Source of the DNA: a virus
Virus record (IMG/VR): IMGVR_UViG_3300045988_137032
Span: 64,001-128,000 of that record
Length of the DNA stretch: 64,000 nucleotides
Strand: one strand, 5' to 3'
In this document: one piece after another, positions 38,223 through 47,017 of the stretch
Layout of the letters: the number at the start of each line of letters is the position of its first letter
How positions within the stretch are numbered: the stretch's first letter is position 1
Translations under genes and position numbers: made by a program
Notes under the pieces: generated by a model
Seen by the model: the letters and a program-made list of their open reading frames with translations, nothing else
What the model was told of the DNA's origin: nothing
Databases searched by the model: none

Positions 38223-38776
38223 TAGAGACTCTCCTTATAACCTTCAGCAAGAACCTCCGTATCAGATTTCTCCACCGGAACATTCTTATTTGCATCGCGA
38301 ATCATCTGGTCAATGACAGCGGCATCCTTCTCCTTATCACTCCAGAAGAGCTTGGAGCAAGAGTACATGAAGTCACCATTGACACCGACCATGAAGCCGA
38401 GATCGTTGATGTGAATGACGATGGCAACGGGAGCAAAGTCCTGAACGCTGAGAGAAGTGACAACCTTATGCAGGAACTGTTGGAACATGTTTTCCTGAGT
38501 GGAACGCTCAACAGCTTCCATGACCTTCTTGAAGTTCAAGGAAGAACCCTTTGCCTTGATTTCGTCGTTGATAACGACATAAGCACGGGTATTGTGCTTC
38601 TTGTTCTTGAAGTAATAGGTACGTGTGGTCTTGTTGCCCTTGACAGTGGCAACGCCATCATCATCCAACTTCATGTCACCGATCTTCACATCAAAGCCAT
38701 CCTTAGCCTTCTCGATCTTGATCTTCATCGCTTTCTTCTCATCTTTCTTGATCTCAACTGCATTTTTCTTAGCCAT
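38222..38776 (-). CDS. hypothetical Lys-rich protein
   Basis: RBS TAGGAGGAAA; preceded by two class A motifs; GC3-rich codons. Confidence 0.8.
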   Translation of the reverse strand: MAKKNAVEIKKDEKKAMKIKIEKAKDGFDVKIGDMKLDDDGVATVKGNKTTRTYYFKNKKHNTRAYVVINDEIKAKGSSLNFKKVMEAVERSTQENMFQQFLHKVVTSLSVQDFAPVAIVIHINDLGFMVGVNGDFMYSCSKLFWSDKEKDAAVIDQMIRDANKNVPVEKSDTEVLAEGYKESL

Positions 38777-38824
38777 TTTAATTTCCTCCTAGAATTTTTT
38801 ACTTGTGAATATACGGATAGATTA

Positions 38825-38834
38825 TATAATATAT
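38825..38834 (-). promoter_or_regulatory. candidate class A promoter core ATATATTATA (proximal of two)
   Basis: minus strand reads aggATATATTATAtaatc, 49 nt upstream of start 38776. Confidence 0.4.
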
Positions 38835-38851
38835 CCTCCTTTCTTCATGGA

Positions 38852-38861
38852 TATAATATAT
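38852..38861 (-). promoter_or_regulatory. candidate class A promoter core ATATATTATA (distal of two)
   Basis: minus strand reads gattATATATTATAtccatgaagaaaggagg; the same CATGAAGAAAGG tail follows the 36344 site. Confidence 0.45.
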
Positions 38862-38863
38862 AA

Positions 38864-39895
38864 TCAACCATACGGGTTGATTTCCATATCATCATCGTCA
38901 GAATCTTCGGCTTTTGCGATGTCAATTAGGATATCATGCCAGTTTTCTGGAGCAGAGATAATGGCATGCATGGTGCCATTGTATGTGATTGCCAAATTCG
39001 TCGGACTTAAGATATCCAGGAATACATAATGATTCTGTACTTCTGGTTCTCTCTTCACTGTTTCATGGATGATATTTTCGAAAATCTCCCGATTGAAGGT
39101 ATTTTTATCTCCATAATTAAGTGCATATACAACGAAGTCGACTGCATATTCATATGCAGATTGATAATCTTCTTTGCTTGCTCCAAAATCATCTGTGTAT
39201 GTGGTGAGAACACCAAAGATTCTACGATCTTTCGGAATCTGGAGATAAGTCCTTGCATTCTCAATGATACCTTTAAAGCATTCTCTTGCTTCTTTCCGAT
39301 GCTCTGCATCTTTGACATTTATGATGATATCAGAGCACTGATACGAATCAATGGAATTCTTCAGAAGATAGAAAGGAGTATCATGCTCCGGATTTCTTAG
39401 ACTATCATCCTGAGAAGGATGATCCTTATCCAAGATAGGAAGAATATTTGGAGATCCATGACAAGCAGGTTTACCATTGAGATAGAGATAGTAGTTATTC
39501 GGGGTTACAAAGATCATTGCTGGAAATGCTTTTGCTTTCGTTTTGCTGGCTTCTTTCACAGCCTCCAAGATGCAATTGTATCCATTATTCCAACGATCAT
39601 CTGGACGGGGAGAATTGGACATGCTGTAAATGATATTACGGCCAATAGACCACATATCATTTTCCGGACTATTGAAGATATGCAGGAACATCTGAATGTC
39701 GTTAGAATCCATGAAAGCTTCCTCTTCTTCAGGAGCAACATGATCAAATGCGTCCTTAGATATTTTTGCCATCTCTTCACGGAAACTTTGATCATGGATA
39801 CCCTTTCCGCCGAGTTCCATGCACATTACATTCTGAGAGTGAACGAAAACTTTATAGTTTTCAAATTCCATGTATCTATAAGTACATTCTTTCAT
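38864..39895 (-). CDS. hypothetical protein
   Basis: RBS GAAAGGAGAAAG before ATG 39895 (MKECTYRYMEF...); the longer ORF-track version (to 39967) would run through a terminator hairpin. Confidence 0.75.
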   Translation of the reverse strand: MKECTYRYMEFENYKVFVHSQNVMCMELGGKGIHDQSFREEMAKISKDAFDHVAPEEEEAFMDSNDIQMFLHIFNSPENDMWSIGRNIIYSMSNSPRPDDRWNNGYNCILEAVKEASKTKAKAFPAMIFVTPNNYYLYLNGKPACHGSPNILPILDKDHPSQDDSLRNPEHDTPFYLLKNSIDSYQCSDIIINVKDAEHRKEARECFKGIIENARTYLQIPKDRRIFGVLTTYTDDFGASKEDYQSAYEYAVDFVVYALNYGDKNTFNREIFENIIHETVKREPEVQNHYVFLDILSPTNLAITYNGTMHAIISAPENWHDILIDIAKAEDSDDDDMEINPYG

Positions 39896-39910
39896 ATTCT
39901 TTCTCCTTTC

Positions 39911-39955
39911 AAAAAAGAATCCGCTGTTGGGTGTTATTGGTTCCAACAGCGGATT
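39911..39955 (-). terminator. intrinsic terminator after the RNAP beta-prime gene
   Basis: stem AATCCGCTGTTGG / CCAACAGCGGATT followed by TTTTTT on the minus strand. Confidence 0.75.
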
Positions 39956-39960
39956 ATACT

Positions 39961-41376
39961 TTAACAAGTGCAGAAGTTGTACAGGTTGATCTTCTCACAC
40001 TTATCAATCATGAAGTAGTTATTCAGTTTACCAGTATCACGACTGATCATCATACGAGAGACGGGATCGAACTTGCGGAATGCATGTTCGAGTTCTTTGT
40101 CCATAAGGCCGATGATATTCAGAATATCACCATCGAAGTCTGCATTCAAACCAGGAAGAACGCTCAGAGGAACCGACAGAGTAAAGTCAGATACATCAGA
40201 CTTAATGCTGCGGATATCCATCAGAAGCATGCTGTAATAGTTCAGAGTAGGATTTCGGTTGATGATAATCTTTGGATGCTCCTTATTGACGATGAAGCAC
40301 ATAACCTGATAAATCTTCGGATCAAACTTATAAGCATTGCGATAACGCTCATAAGCTTTTGCCAGAGGAATATCATCCAGCTTCATCAGCCATTCAATGA
40401 TCTTGAACTTAAACATCTCAAGGAAGGTATTGTAACTCAGATCAACCTCAGAGTCACGCAGAGTAGGATTCGGGATAATGACATTACGAGAGGTGTAGTT
40501 TAATGCACCACCGAGAATCTGTCCACGAATCCAACCTTCCTTACCATTCAAGGCATCGAAGTTTTCATCCCAGATATCATTGACACGACCCTGGATGCTA
40601 TGCAGGATATATGCACGATCAATATCCTCGCTGTTCTTGAGCTTATCGCTCAGACTAAACAGCGGGTTGATATTACGGTCGATTGTATTGTAGTAGTAAG
40701 TATCAGTAGTCGTAGACTGAGGACGAAGAAGAGTAGAGTAGATAGGAATGTGTGAAGTAAACACAGCACTCTTTTCACTCTTAATGCGATCAAGTTCATT
40801 GATCGCACTCTTCTTTTTGGTCTTAACGAACTCAATGATTTCATCGAAGTTCTCTTTGAATTCGACAAGACCAATTCCACCAAATCCACCAAGAGCCGCC
40901 TGCTCTTCAGGATCAAAGTATCTCTTTCTCTGACCATCCACGTCAACGATGTACTTATCGTTGATCATGGCCTCCAACATACCTTTCTTCATACAAGAAG
41001 ACAACTTCTTATAGTAGAAAGGATTGATGATGAAATTATCACCCAGTGCAATCCAACCAGTGAATTCGATGTTGACATCTTCGTACTTCACAGGCTTTCC
41101 GCAGATGGGACAAATTTCACCAGCGAACATCTTCCCTTTGAATGCACCACATTCACAGCGATAACGCTCAATGAATGCGTTCTCGTCTTCGTAGTTCGTT
41201 CCGTACAGTGGCGAACGAGCACCATAAAGACTCTTCTGTTTCGTGTCATCAAACTTGATAACTGCGGGCTCCGTAATGGTAAACCCGTTATTCGTCAGGA
41301 TGTCATTTACATATTCAACGTCCCAATTCAACCGCTTAATACGCACACGGTTTTTCCCATGCTTGTGCTTGCCCAT
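39961..41376 (-). CDS. multisubunit RNA polymerase beta-prime-like subunit, N-terminal half (set 2)
   Basis: Zn finger CECGAFKGKMFAGEICPICG; RGQILGGALNYTSRNVIIP (compare LLGKRVDYSGRSVI); catalytic LNADFDGDILN. Confidence 0.85.
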   Translation of the reverse strand: MGKHKHGKNRVRIKRLNWDVEYVNDILTNNGFTITEPAVIKFDDTKQKSLYGARSPLYGTNYEDENAFIERYRCECGAFKGKMFAGEICPICGKPVKYEDVNIEFTGWIALGDNFIINPFYYKKLSSCMKKGMLEAMINDKYIVDVDGQRKRYFDPEEQAALGGFGGIGLVEFKENFDEIIEFVKTKKKSAINELDRIKSEKSAVFTSHIPIYSTLLRPQSTTTDTYYYNTIDRNINPLFSLSDKLKNSEDIDRAYILHSIQGRVNDIWDENFDALNGKEGWIRGQILGGALNYTSRNVIIPNPTLRDSEVDLSYNTFLEMFKFKIIEWLMKLDDIPLAKAYERYRNAYKFDPKIYQVMCFIVNKEHPKIIINRNPTLNYYSMLLMDIRSIKSDVSDFTLSVPLSVLPGLNADFDGDILNIIGLMDKELEHAFRKFDPVSRMMISRDTGKLNNYFMIDKCEKINLYNFCTC

Positions 41377-41399
41377 ATTAATCAGCCTCCAATCAAATC

Positions 41400-41445
41400 A
41401 AGTGACTAATCTATGCCTTCTCAGGGTAACATAGATTAGTCACTT
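41400..41445 (-). terminator. hairpin between the RNase H and RNAP genes (possible attenuator)
   Basis: 16-bp stem AAGTGACTAATCTATG / CATAGATTAGTCACTT; no clear T-run. Confidence 0.4.
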
Positions 41446-41455
41446 GTCGTTTGGG

Positions 41456-41983
41456 TTATTCGTTTTCATTCTTATCTTTCTTCTTCTCAACGTAAAAGTT
41501 TCCTTCTTTTACGAGAGTATTGCAAGGGTCACACATTGTAGAAGCAAGATAATCACATCTCTCATTATCTGGATTTCCATCATGGCCTTTTACCCAGACG
41601 AAAGATACCTTATGCGGCTCTTTTGCTTTCAGAAGTCTCTCCCAAAGATCCTGATTCTTTACGGGTCCTCCAGTTCTTGTCTTCCACCCATTCCGTTTCC
41701 AGTTATACATCCAACGCTTATTGAAAGCATTGACGATATAAGAAGAATCAGAATAGATACGAATCATGGAAGGCTCTGTGACTCTTTCAAGACCAATGAT
41801 AACTCCCATGAGTTCCATCTTATTATTGGTAGTTACAGGAGAACCACCAGCAAATTCTTCAATGGATTCAAACTCATTGGAATCTTTCTTGTATACCTTT
41901 ACGATTGCTGCATATCCACCAGGGCCTCTCGGATTTGCTTTTGCAGCACCATCTGTAAAGATATCAACGTGACGCATCTCCAT
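41456..41983 (-). CDS. rnhA: ribonuclease HI
   Basis: VDIFTDGAAKANPRGPGGYAAIV; ELMGVIIGLE; IRIYSDSSYIVNAF; VKGHDGNPDNERCDYLA (DEDD RNase H pattern). Confidence 0.85.
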   Translation of the reverse strand: MEMRHVDIFTDGAAKANPRGPGGYAAIVKVYKKDSNEFESIEEFAGGSPVTTNNKMELMGVIIGLERVTEPSMIRIYSDSSYIVNAFNKRWMYNWKRNGWKTRTGGPVKNQDLWERLLKAKEPHKVSFVWVKGHDGNPDNERCDYLASTMCDPCNTLVKEGNFYVEKKKDKNENE

Positions 41984-42165
41984 TAATCTACCTCCTTAGC
42001 ATCAATCGTTATAAATATTGGAACTTGCGGAATATATCCGCATTCTTTACATGGTATCATATCTAGTCCAGCGTGATATGTTTTACCACATTTACATTGG
42101 TAAAATTGTATAGATGTACGTATTCCTCCATCAATGATTTTTATAATTTGAGTTTCTACTTTCAT
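41983..42165 (-). CDS. small zinc-ribbon protein
   Basis: CKCG...CKECG; RBS AAAGGAGG; TAATG overlap with rnhA. Confidence 0.65.
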   Translation of the reverse strand: MKVETQIIKIIDGGIRTSIQFYQCKCGKTYHAGLDMIPCKECGYIPQVPIFITIDAKEVD

Positions 42166-42194
42166 ATTTCAACCTCCTTTCTAAGCTTCAAAGT

Positions 42195-42204
42195 TATAAC
42201 ATAT
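42195..42204 (-). promoter_or_regulatory. class A-prime promoter core ATATGTTATA
   Basis: minus strand reads gattgATATGTTATAactttg, about 30 nt upstream of start 42165 (operon: zinc ribbon, rnhA, beta-prime). Confidence 0.35.
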
Positions 42205-42275
42205 CAATCAAAAGTTTCATTGATTAAAATGAATATCATGTGATACTTGTAAGTAATTAAGCTACGTAGAAAGGA

Positions 42276-42707
42276 ATGGTTAGTGTGTTTACAGTAAAGA
42301 CTCCTCCCTATAATTATATGGCAGCAGATGATGACGAACTTGATAAACCTTTCAATTACAACATGGAGAATCATAGCGAGTGTCCATATAAACCTTATGG
42401 AAATAAACTTGATATCCATTACGCTTATGAGTATGATAGAGCAATAACGGATATCTTTCAGGATATGGAAAAGCGTACTAATGAAGGTGTTATGCTCGTG
42501 AGAAAAGATGTTGGTTCTTACTTCATTACAGTTCTCTATTATATCAGGAGATATGAATCGTATTTCGTAAGTAGAGTTTGTTTTGACAGGCTAAATGAGT
42601 TCAAAGAAGAATTAACTCGTCTTGCATTTGATAAAGAAGTCATGCATTACAGTGGACTGAGATATAGTATATTTACTGATGCATATTTTGAATACTGCCG
42701 TCGATAA
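42276..42707 (+). CDS. hypothetical protein
   Basis: 143-aa ORF; the RBS GAAAGGA abuts the ATG, so the GTG at 42285 may be the true start. Confidence 0.6.
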   Translation: MVSVFTVKTPPYNYMAADDDELDKPFNYNMENHSECPYKPYGNKLDIHYAYEYDRAITDIFQDMEKRTNEGVMLVRKDVGSYFITVLYYIRRYESYFVSRVCFDRLNEFKEELTRLAFDKEVMHYSGLRYSIFTDAYFEYCRR

Positions 42708-42710
42708 AAA

Positions 42711-42747
42711 AAGAAGTGCTATAGTTTCGACTATAGCACTTCTTTTG
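42711..42747 (+). terminator. intrinsic terminator
   Basis: 14-bp stem AAGAAGTGCTATAG / CTATAGCACTTCTT plus TTT. Confidence 0.8.
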
Positions 42748-42758
42748 ACATTAGTTTA
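42747..42758 (+). promoter_or_regulatory. class B-like variant GACA-N6-TA
   Basis: ttttGACAttagttTAag, about 45 nt upstream of ATG 42793. Confidence 0.25.
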
Positions 42759-42792
42759 AGCTTCATTTATTAGAGAAAGGAGAGATTCAAGT

Positions 42793-44019
42793 ATGGCTAT
42801 TTTAATCAATGAGCAAAAGCTCATGGATGATAATGCGTTTAAATTTGAGAATCGATTGAATACTCAGATTACACGCTTTCTCGATAAATCTCCTGTATTT
42901 GTCACATACTACCATGTGAGTGCAGATGAGGTCACAACTGATGGCGGATACAAAGACGTAGAAGAAATCTACGGTAAGAATTCACCTCTTCGTTATAAGA
43001 AGATTGAGAATTTCCCTCTGTATGGATTGGATACAGTCCAGCTTGCTATTCAGGATACAGATCAAGGTCTTGATACAGATTATCAGGGAGATGCAGTATC
43101 TCTTCCCAATACAATCAAACCTCTTCAGAATGACTTCTTTACCATCAATCATGTAAAGAAAGGAACTTTCCTTTTCCGTGTCATTCAGGTTGATTATGAT
43201 AATATTAGACCGGATAACTTCTATAAGATTACCTATCGTTTGGAATCTCTTGAAGAATCCGTTTTGAATAATATCAATGATCAAGTTAATGAGAAATACA
43301 CTTGCATCTTAGAGAATATTGGTAGTGAGAATAACTGTATCATCGAAGAAAGTTACTATGAGCAATTACAGAAAGTGGATGCACTTTACAATGACATGGT
43401 TGATACGTATAAGAGTATCTTCTATAGTCCTCGGTATAATTGCTTCTTAGGTGAGACTGCAATTGGTATGAAGATCTATGATCCGTTGCAGTCCGTTTTC
43501 ATGAATAAGCACGGCCTTCTCACACGAGCTACTGATCTGAGTGCTATCATGCTGACTGAGATGTTTGCTGATAGGAAGCGTCAGATTAAATACGAGAGAA
43601 GTATTTACCGTTTCTTTGAGCGTAGAGATCTCAGTATTATCAGTAACTTCAAGTATTATCTGTATCAGGGAATGGATCGAAAAGATTCTGCATTCTATAT
43701 GTGGCAGGATGAATCTGTCATGTATGTGGAAGTACCTGAGAAGGCTGTATTCGATAAGAATGCTCCAAATGAGCTTCTTCCTATCGAACTCGTAAATAGC
43801 TTCAAGATGAATGCACCTACAGTGTCTCCGTATGTAGATCTCATGCAGAAGTTTATCCGTAAGGATCCTCTTACCATTTACGATATTCCTCTTAACTTAA
43901 ATGAGGAACTTCTTAAATTGGATGCAAATGAGGAAGTGTATTTCTATACACCGATTCTTCTGTATATCATCAAATCTGTCACGGAAGAATTCCTTCATAC
44001 GAAGAAATCCATTTCATAA
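42793..44019 (+). CDS. hypothetical protein
   Basis: RBS GAAAGGAGAG; 408 aa. Confidence 0.8.
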   Translation: MAILINEQKLMDDNAFKFENRLNTQITRFLDKSPVFVTYYHVSADEVTTDGGYKDVEEIYGKNSPLRYKKIENFPLYGLDTVQLAIQDTDQGLDTDYQGDAVSLPNTIKPLQNDFFTINHVKKGTFLFRVIQVDYDNIRPDNFYKITYRLESLEESVLNNINDQVNEKYTCILENIGSENNCIIEESYYEQLQKVDALYNDMVDTYKSIFYSPRYNCFLGETAIGMKIYDPLQSVFMNKHGLLTRATDLSAIMLTEMFADRKRQIKYERSIYRFFERRDLSIISNFKYYLYQGMDRKDSAFYMWQDESVMYVEVPEKAVFDKNAPNELLPIELVNSFKMNAPTVSPYVDLMQKFIRKDPLTIYDIPLNLNEELLKLDANEEVYFYTPILLYIIKSVTEEFLHTKKSIS

Positions 44020-44020
44020 C

Positions 44021-44069
44021 AAAAAAAATCCACAGTGAGTAATCATTTAGATACTCACTGTGGATTTTA
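44021..44069. terminator. bidirectional hairpin terminator
   Basis: 16-bp stem AAATCCACAGTGAGTA / TACTCACTGTGGATTT flanked by an A-run and a T-run. Confidence 0.8.
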
Positions 44070-44073
44070 TCAG

Positions 44074-46368
44074 TTAGGCTTCTCCGCGAAGACCAGTCTC
44101 ATCAACTACGGTATCCTCCTTAAAGGCGGGTACATTATCGTACTCACTCTTATCAGGACCAATCACGTAGTCGGTGTTCTTAAGCTGCTCCATAACAAGC
44201 TTCTTGAACTCATCAGCATCCATAAGTCCCTGATTTGCAAGGACTTCTTTCTCGATTTCCTTCTTACGCTTGAGAAGCATGAATTGATATTCGGTGCACA
44301 TATACTCCTCATCATCCAGAGTATATACGTTGATGTGATCATCGTCATATTCCCGAATCTCATCTTCATCGTCTACGAATTCAATCTTGATGCCAAGACT
44401 CTTCAGATAGACAGCAAAGATTTCATTGACACGTGAAGTGTATGTCTTAGGCAGGACAAATTCATCCTTACCCTCAACAAGGTTCTTTGCGAGATCACGA
44501 CGAGCACCAGAAGATGCACGATAGAACAGGTTGAACAGCTGGATATCTTCAGGCTCCACCGCAATAGAGAAGTTGAGCGTCTCAAACTCGCCAAAACGAA
44601 TCGGAGTAGAAGACCGAAGCTCTGTGAAGTTCTTATTCCGGTAACTTCTTTCCGGAAGTCCCTTCGTATTCACAGAACCAGTGCTACGAACACTGAAGCC
44701 CTTACGAGAAGTCTGCTTCAGTTTCAAGATGTACATCTCTCCACAATACATGGGATTGAGCATCTTTATCTGACGACCAAACCGATTGATGTAAACATCG
44801 TAGGGTTTCAGGAAATCGTACTTATCGAAAATCTTAAGGAACCGATAGAAGATAGGTTCATGCTCCCACATAGGTTTCTGATGAATATAGATACGATTAT
44901 TCATTGCATCGTTGATATAATCATCTTTATCCTTTTCAGAGAGCTTGTCGTAGACTTCCTTCATACGATCGTGCTGTTCGGGGTTAAAGTCGTTGATGAT
45001 ATCGAAAAGAAGTTTCTCACGTTCTTTCCGAGTTTTCTTCATCTTCATCTGATCACGGACTTTATTGCAGATGAAGTTGATTGTGATTTCATAGATTGGG
45101 AATGCAGTCGTACGGTTAATGATTGCCAACACATTGAAGAGCAAGTCAACCGTCACCTTATTACCACAATCATCGAAATAATACGGCATCTGGTCATCCG
45201 GACGAATCTCGGAAATAACGCATTTATTACCGTATCGACCAGTAATCTTCTGACCGATATCCAGATGGACAATACCCTTTACCGTAATCTCGATAAAGAC
45301 ATTGGAGAAGAGAGAATCCTGATTCTTCCAGCGCTTCGTATCATCAAGGAACTCAACTGCTCTCTTGTAGATATAATTGATTTCTTTAGAATACTTTGCG
45401 CCAGAATCAAAGATCTTCTCACAGGCATCTTTGATCTGTTCATAGTAGACTTTCTGGCTATTCAGATACTTCAGAATCTGATGGTTAAACGGAGTATCTT
45501 CCATTTCCGGATTATTCGAATAGATGGTAATATCCACAACCTGACCATTCTTGAAATACGAGATATCGCCTTCTCCACTACGAGACAAAGAGTCGTCTTT
45601 AAATTCACTCAGAAGCTGATCTTTGCTAAGAGCACGTTTTGCTGCTACTTCGCCAGTAGCATATTCTCCAATATCAGGGAACGGCTTATACTCACCGTCT
45701 TCACCATAAAGATTCAGAAGGAATTCGTTGTCGTTCACACTAATAGGAACCTGATTGATTTCGATGCTGTCCATTTTATTCCGCATGCTCTCGGAAATAA
45801 CAGCAGCATCTTCGGACGTGGAGGAATCTGTCACATACATAATGTGGACGTTCTTACCATAACCATAGTTCATGGTTTCATCGTAAGAACGAGACTTCTT
45901 TACAACAGTACCCTTCGGAATCTTATCGCCAATATCGAGTCCATCAATGTACTCGTTATTGTATTCGTATCCGAAGACTTCTGTCAGAGATTCGGAATCT
46001 CCGCGTTTCCATACTTCGTAATAGTCGTTTTTCTTGTCATACACGAAAAGCATGTAAGTAGTAGGATGATCAACGATATCCTCATACTTTACAACTTTAT
46101 CAACGACAACATAGTTACCTTTTGCTTCCCGATAACCACTAGAATGCTTACCAACGACATTTTCGCCATTGGTAAAGACACCAGGAAAGTCAGGGTTTAA
46201 AAGGTTCACAGTCTGCCGAAGATGAGAGGTAAACATAATGGAACGCATTGATGAGTTATACTGTGGAATACCCATCATGGTCATGCCGATTAAGCTATTA
46301 GAACCTTGCAGTTCTTCATTTGCTCTAAGCAGCATTTCCTTGTTAGAATACTTGACGTTTTCTGCCAT
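44074..46368 (-). CDS. multisubunit RNA polymerase beta-like subunit, C-terminal half
   Basis: FTSHLRQTVNLL (compare NMQRQAVP); GRYGNKCVISEIRPDDQMPY (compare GRHGNKGV); MYILKLKQTSRKGFSVRSTGS (compare YMLKL.H.VDDK.HARSTGP); PIRFGEFETLN (compare GGQRFGEME). Confidence 0.85.
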   Translation of the reverse strand: MAENVKYSNKEMLLRANEELQGSNSLIGMTMMGIPQYNSSMRSIMFTSHLRQTVNLLNPDFPGVFTNGENVVGKHSSGYREAKGNYVVVDKVVKYEDIVDHPTTYMLFVYDKKNDYYEVWKRGDSESLTEVFGYEYNNEYIDGLDIGDKIPKGTVVKKSRSYDETMNYGYGKNVHIMYVTDSSTSEDAAVISESMRNKMDSIEINQVPISVNDNEFLLNLYGEDGEYKPFPDIGEYATGEVAAKRALSKDQLLSEFKDDSLSRSGEGDISYFKNGQVVDITIYSNNPEMEDTPFNHQILKYLNSQKVYYEQIKDACEKIFDSGAKYSKEINYIYKRAVEFLDDTKRWKNQDSLFSNVFIEITVKGIVHLDIGQKITGRYGNKCVISEIRPDDQMPYYFDDCGNKVTVDLLFNVLAIINRTTAFPIYEITINFICNKVRDQMKMKKTRKEREKLLFDIINDFNPEQHDRMKEVYDKLSEKDKDDYINDAMNNRIYIHQKPMWEHEPIFYRFLKIFDKYDFLKPYDVYINRFGRQIKMLNPMYCGEMYILKLKQTSRKGFSVRSTGSVNTKGLPERSYRNKNFTELRSSTPIRFGEFETLNFSIAVEPEDIQLFNLFYRASSGARRDLAKNLVEGKDEFVLPKTYTSRVNEIFAVYLKSLGIKIEFVDDEDEIREYDDDHINVYTLDDEEYMCTEYQFMLLKRKKEIEKEVLANQGLMDADEFKKLVMEQLKNTDYVIGPDKSEYDNVPAFKEDTVVDETGLRGEA

Positions 46369-46432
46369 AGTAACCTCCTAAAGAAAATAAGTTTCATGAT
46401 AGAAAGATTCCTTTATAGATCTATCACATGGG

Positions 46433-46442
46433 TATAACATAT
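46433..46442 (-). promoter_or_regulatory. class A-prime promoter core ATATGTTATA
   Basis: minus strand reads aattATATGTTATAcccatgtgatag, about 65 nt upstream of start 46368. Confidence 0.35.
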
Positions 46443-46490
46443 AATTTGAATGCTATATTGGTTGAAAATTATATGGATACCATTATAAAA

Positions 46491-46537
46491 TACGTCAATG
46501 AGAATATTGATTATCAGGCAATATTCTCATTGACGTA
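46491..46537. other. perfect 19-bp inverted repeat (9-nt loop) in a divergent intergenic region
   Basis: TACGTCAATGAGAATATTG attatcagg CAATATTCTCATTGACGTA followed by TTTT; no upstream gene on either strand for it to terminate. Confidence 0.7.
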
Positions 46538-46538
46538 T

Positions 46539-46571
46539 TTTACCGTAAAGTCTCGATTTATAATGATATAT
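46539..46571 (+). repeat. 33-nt promoter-proximal repeat, copy 1
   Basis: TTTACCGTAAAGTCTCGATTTATAATGATATAT, identical to 47358-47390. Confidence 0.85.
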
Positions 46572-46575
46572 TATA
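46566..46575 (+). promoter_or_regulatory. candidate class A promoter core ATATATTATA
   Basis: tataatgATATATTATAatggtgaataa, 85 nt upstream of ATG 46651. Confidence 0.45.
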
Positions 46576-46650
46576 ATGGTGAATAAAAAGAAGGGAATAG
46601 AAATATAACCTTCGAAAATTAACTTTGTATGATCCTAAGGAGGAATCACT

Positions 46651-47004
46651 ATGAGTGCAATCATTATCGTTAAGGAACAGATCAGCTGGAGCTACGACGT
46701 TTCTGATCCCCCTACTATCAGAAGCGTTGATGTATCCGCGTATACCACTCAGGAAGACGCGGTGAAAGGTCTTCACATGTTCATGAACCTTCAGCTCAAA
46801 GAAGATAAAGATCGTCCAACCAGCGTATACAAGCGTGAGGTTGTGTATGATAAAGGGGACCGGGCTAAGATTCGGATATACTATCACCCCAGTAAGCGAG
46901 AGCTGAAGCAGAACCCGGAATGCCCTGACCACATTAGAGAGATTCTGTACACGACCGATGTGATCGGCCTTAATGTAGGATCCGATCGCAATTACGAACT
47001 GTAA
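46651..47004 (+). CDS. small protein with the MKVYAI-type N-terminal module
   Basis: RBS TAAGGAGG; AIIIVKEQ...SAYTTQEDAVKGLHMF; GC-richer codons. Confidence 0.8.
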   Translation: MSAIIIVKEQISWSYDVSDPPTIRSVDVSAYTTQEDAVKGLHMFMNLQLKEDKDRPTSVYKREVVYDKGDRAKIRIYYHPSKRELKQNPECPDHIREILYTTDVIGLNVGSDRNYEL

Positions 47005-47017
47005 GGAGGAAATCACT

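Noticed and set aside
39896-39967. The N-terminal extension of ORF 38864-39967 (MLKYNPLLEPITPNSGFFFERRKN...) overlapping the end of the RNAP beta-prime gene.
   Set aside because: The extension runs through a 13-bp-stem terminator with a T6 tail. A strong RBS (GAAAGGAGAAAG) precedes the internal ATG at 39895.
46472-46585. A 37-codon plus-strand ORF (MDTIIKYVNENIDYQAIFSLTYFTVKSRFIMIYYNGE) in the divergent region.
   Set aside because: It has no RBS. It is composed of the 19-bp hairpin and the class A promoter repeat, so its openness is incidental.
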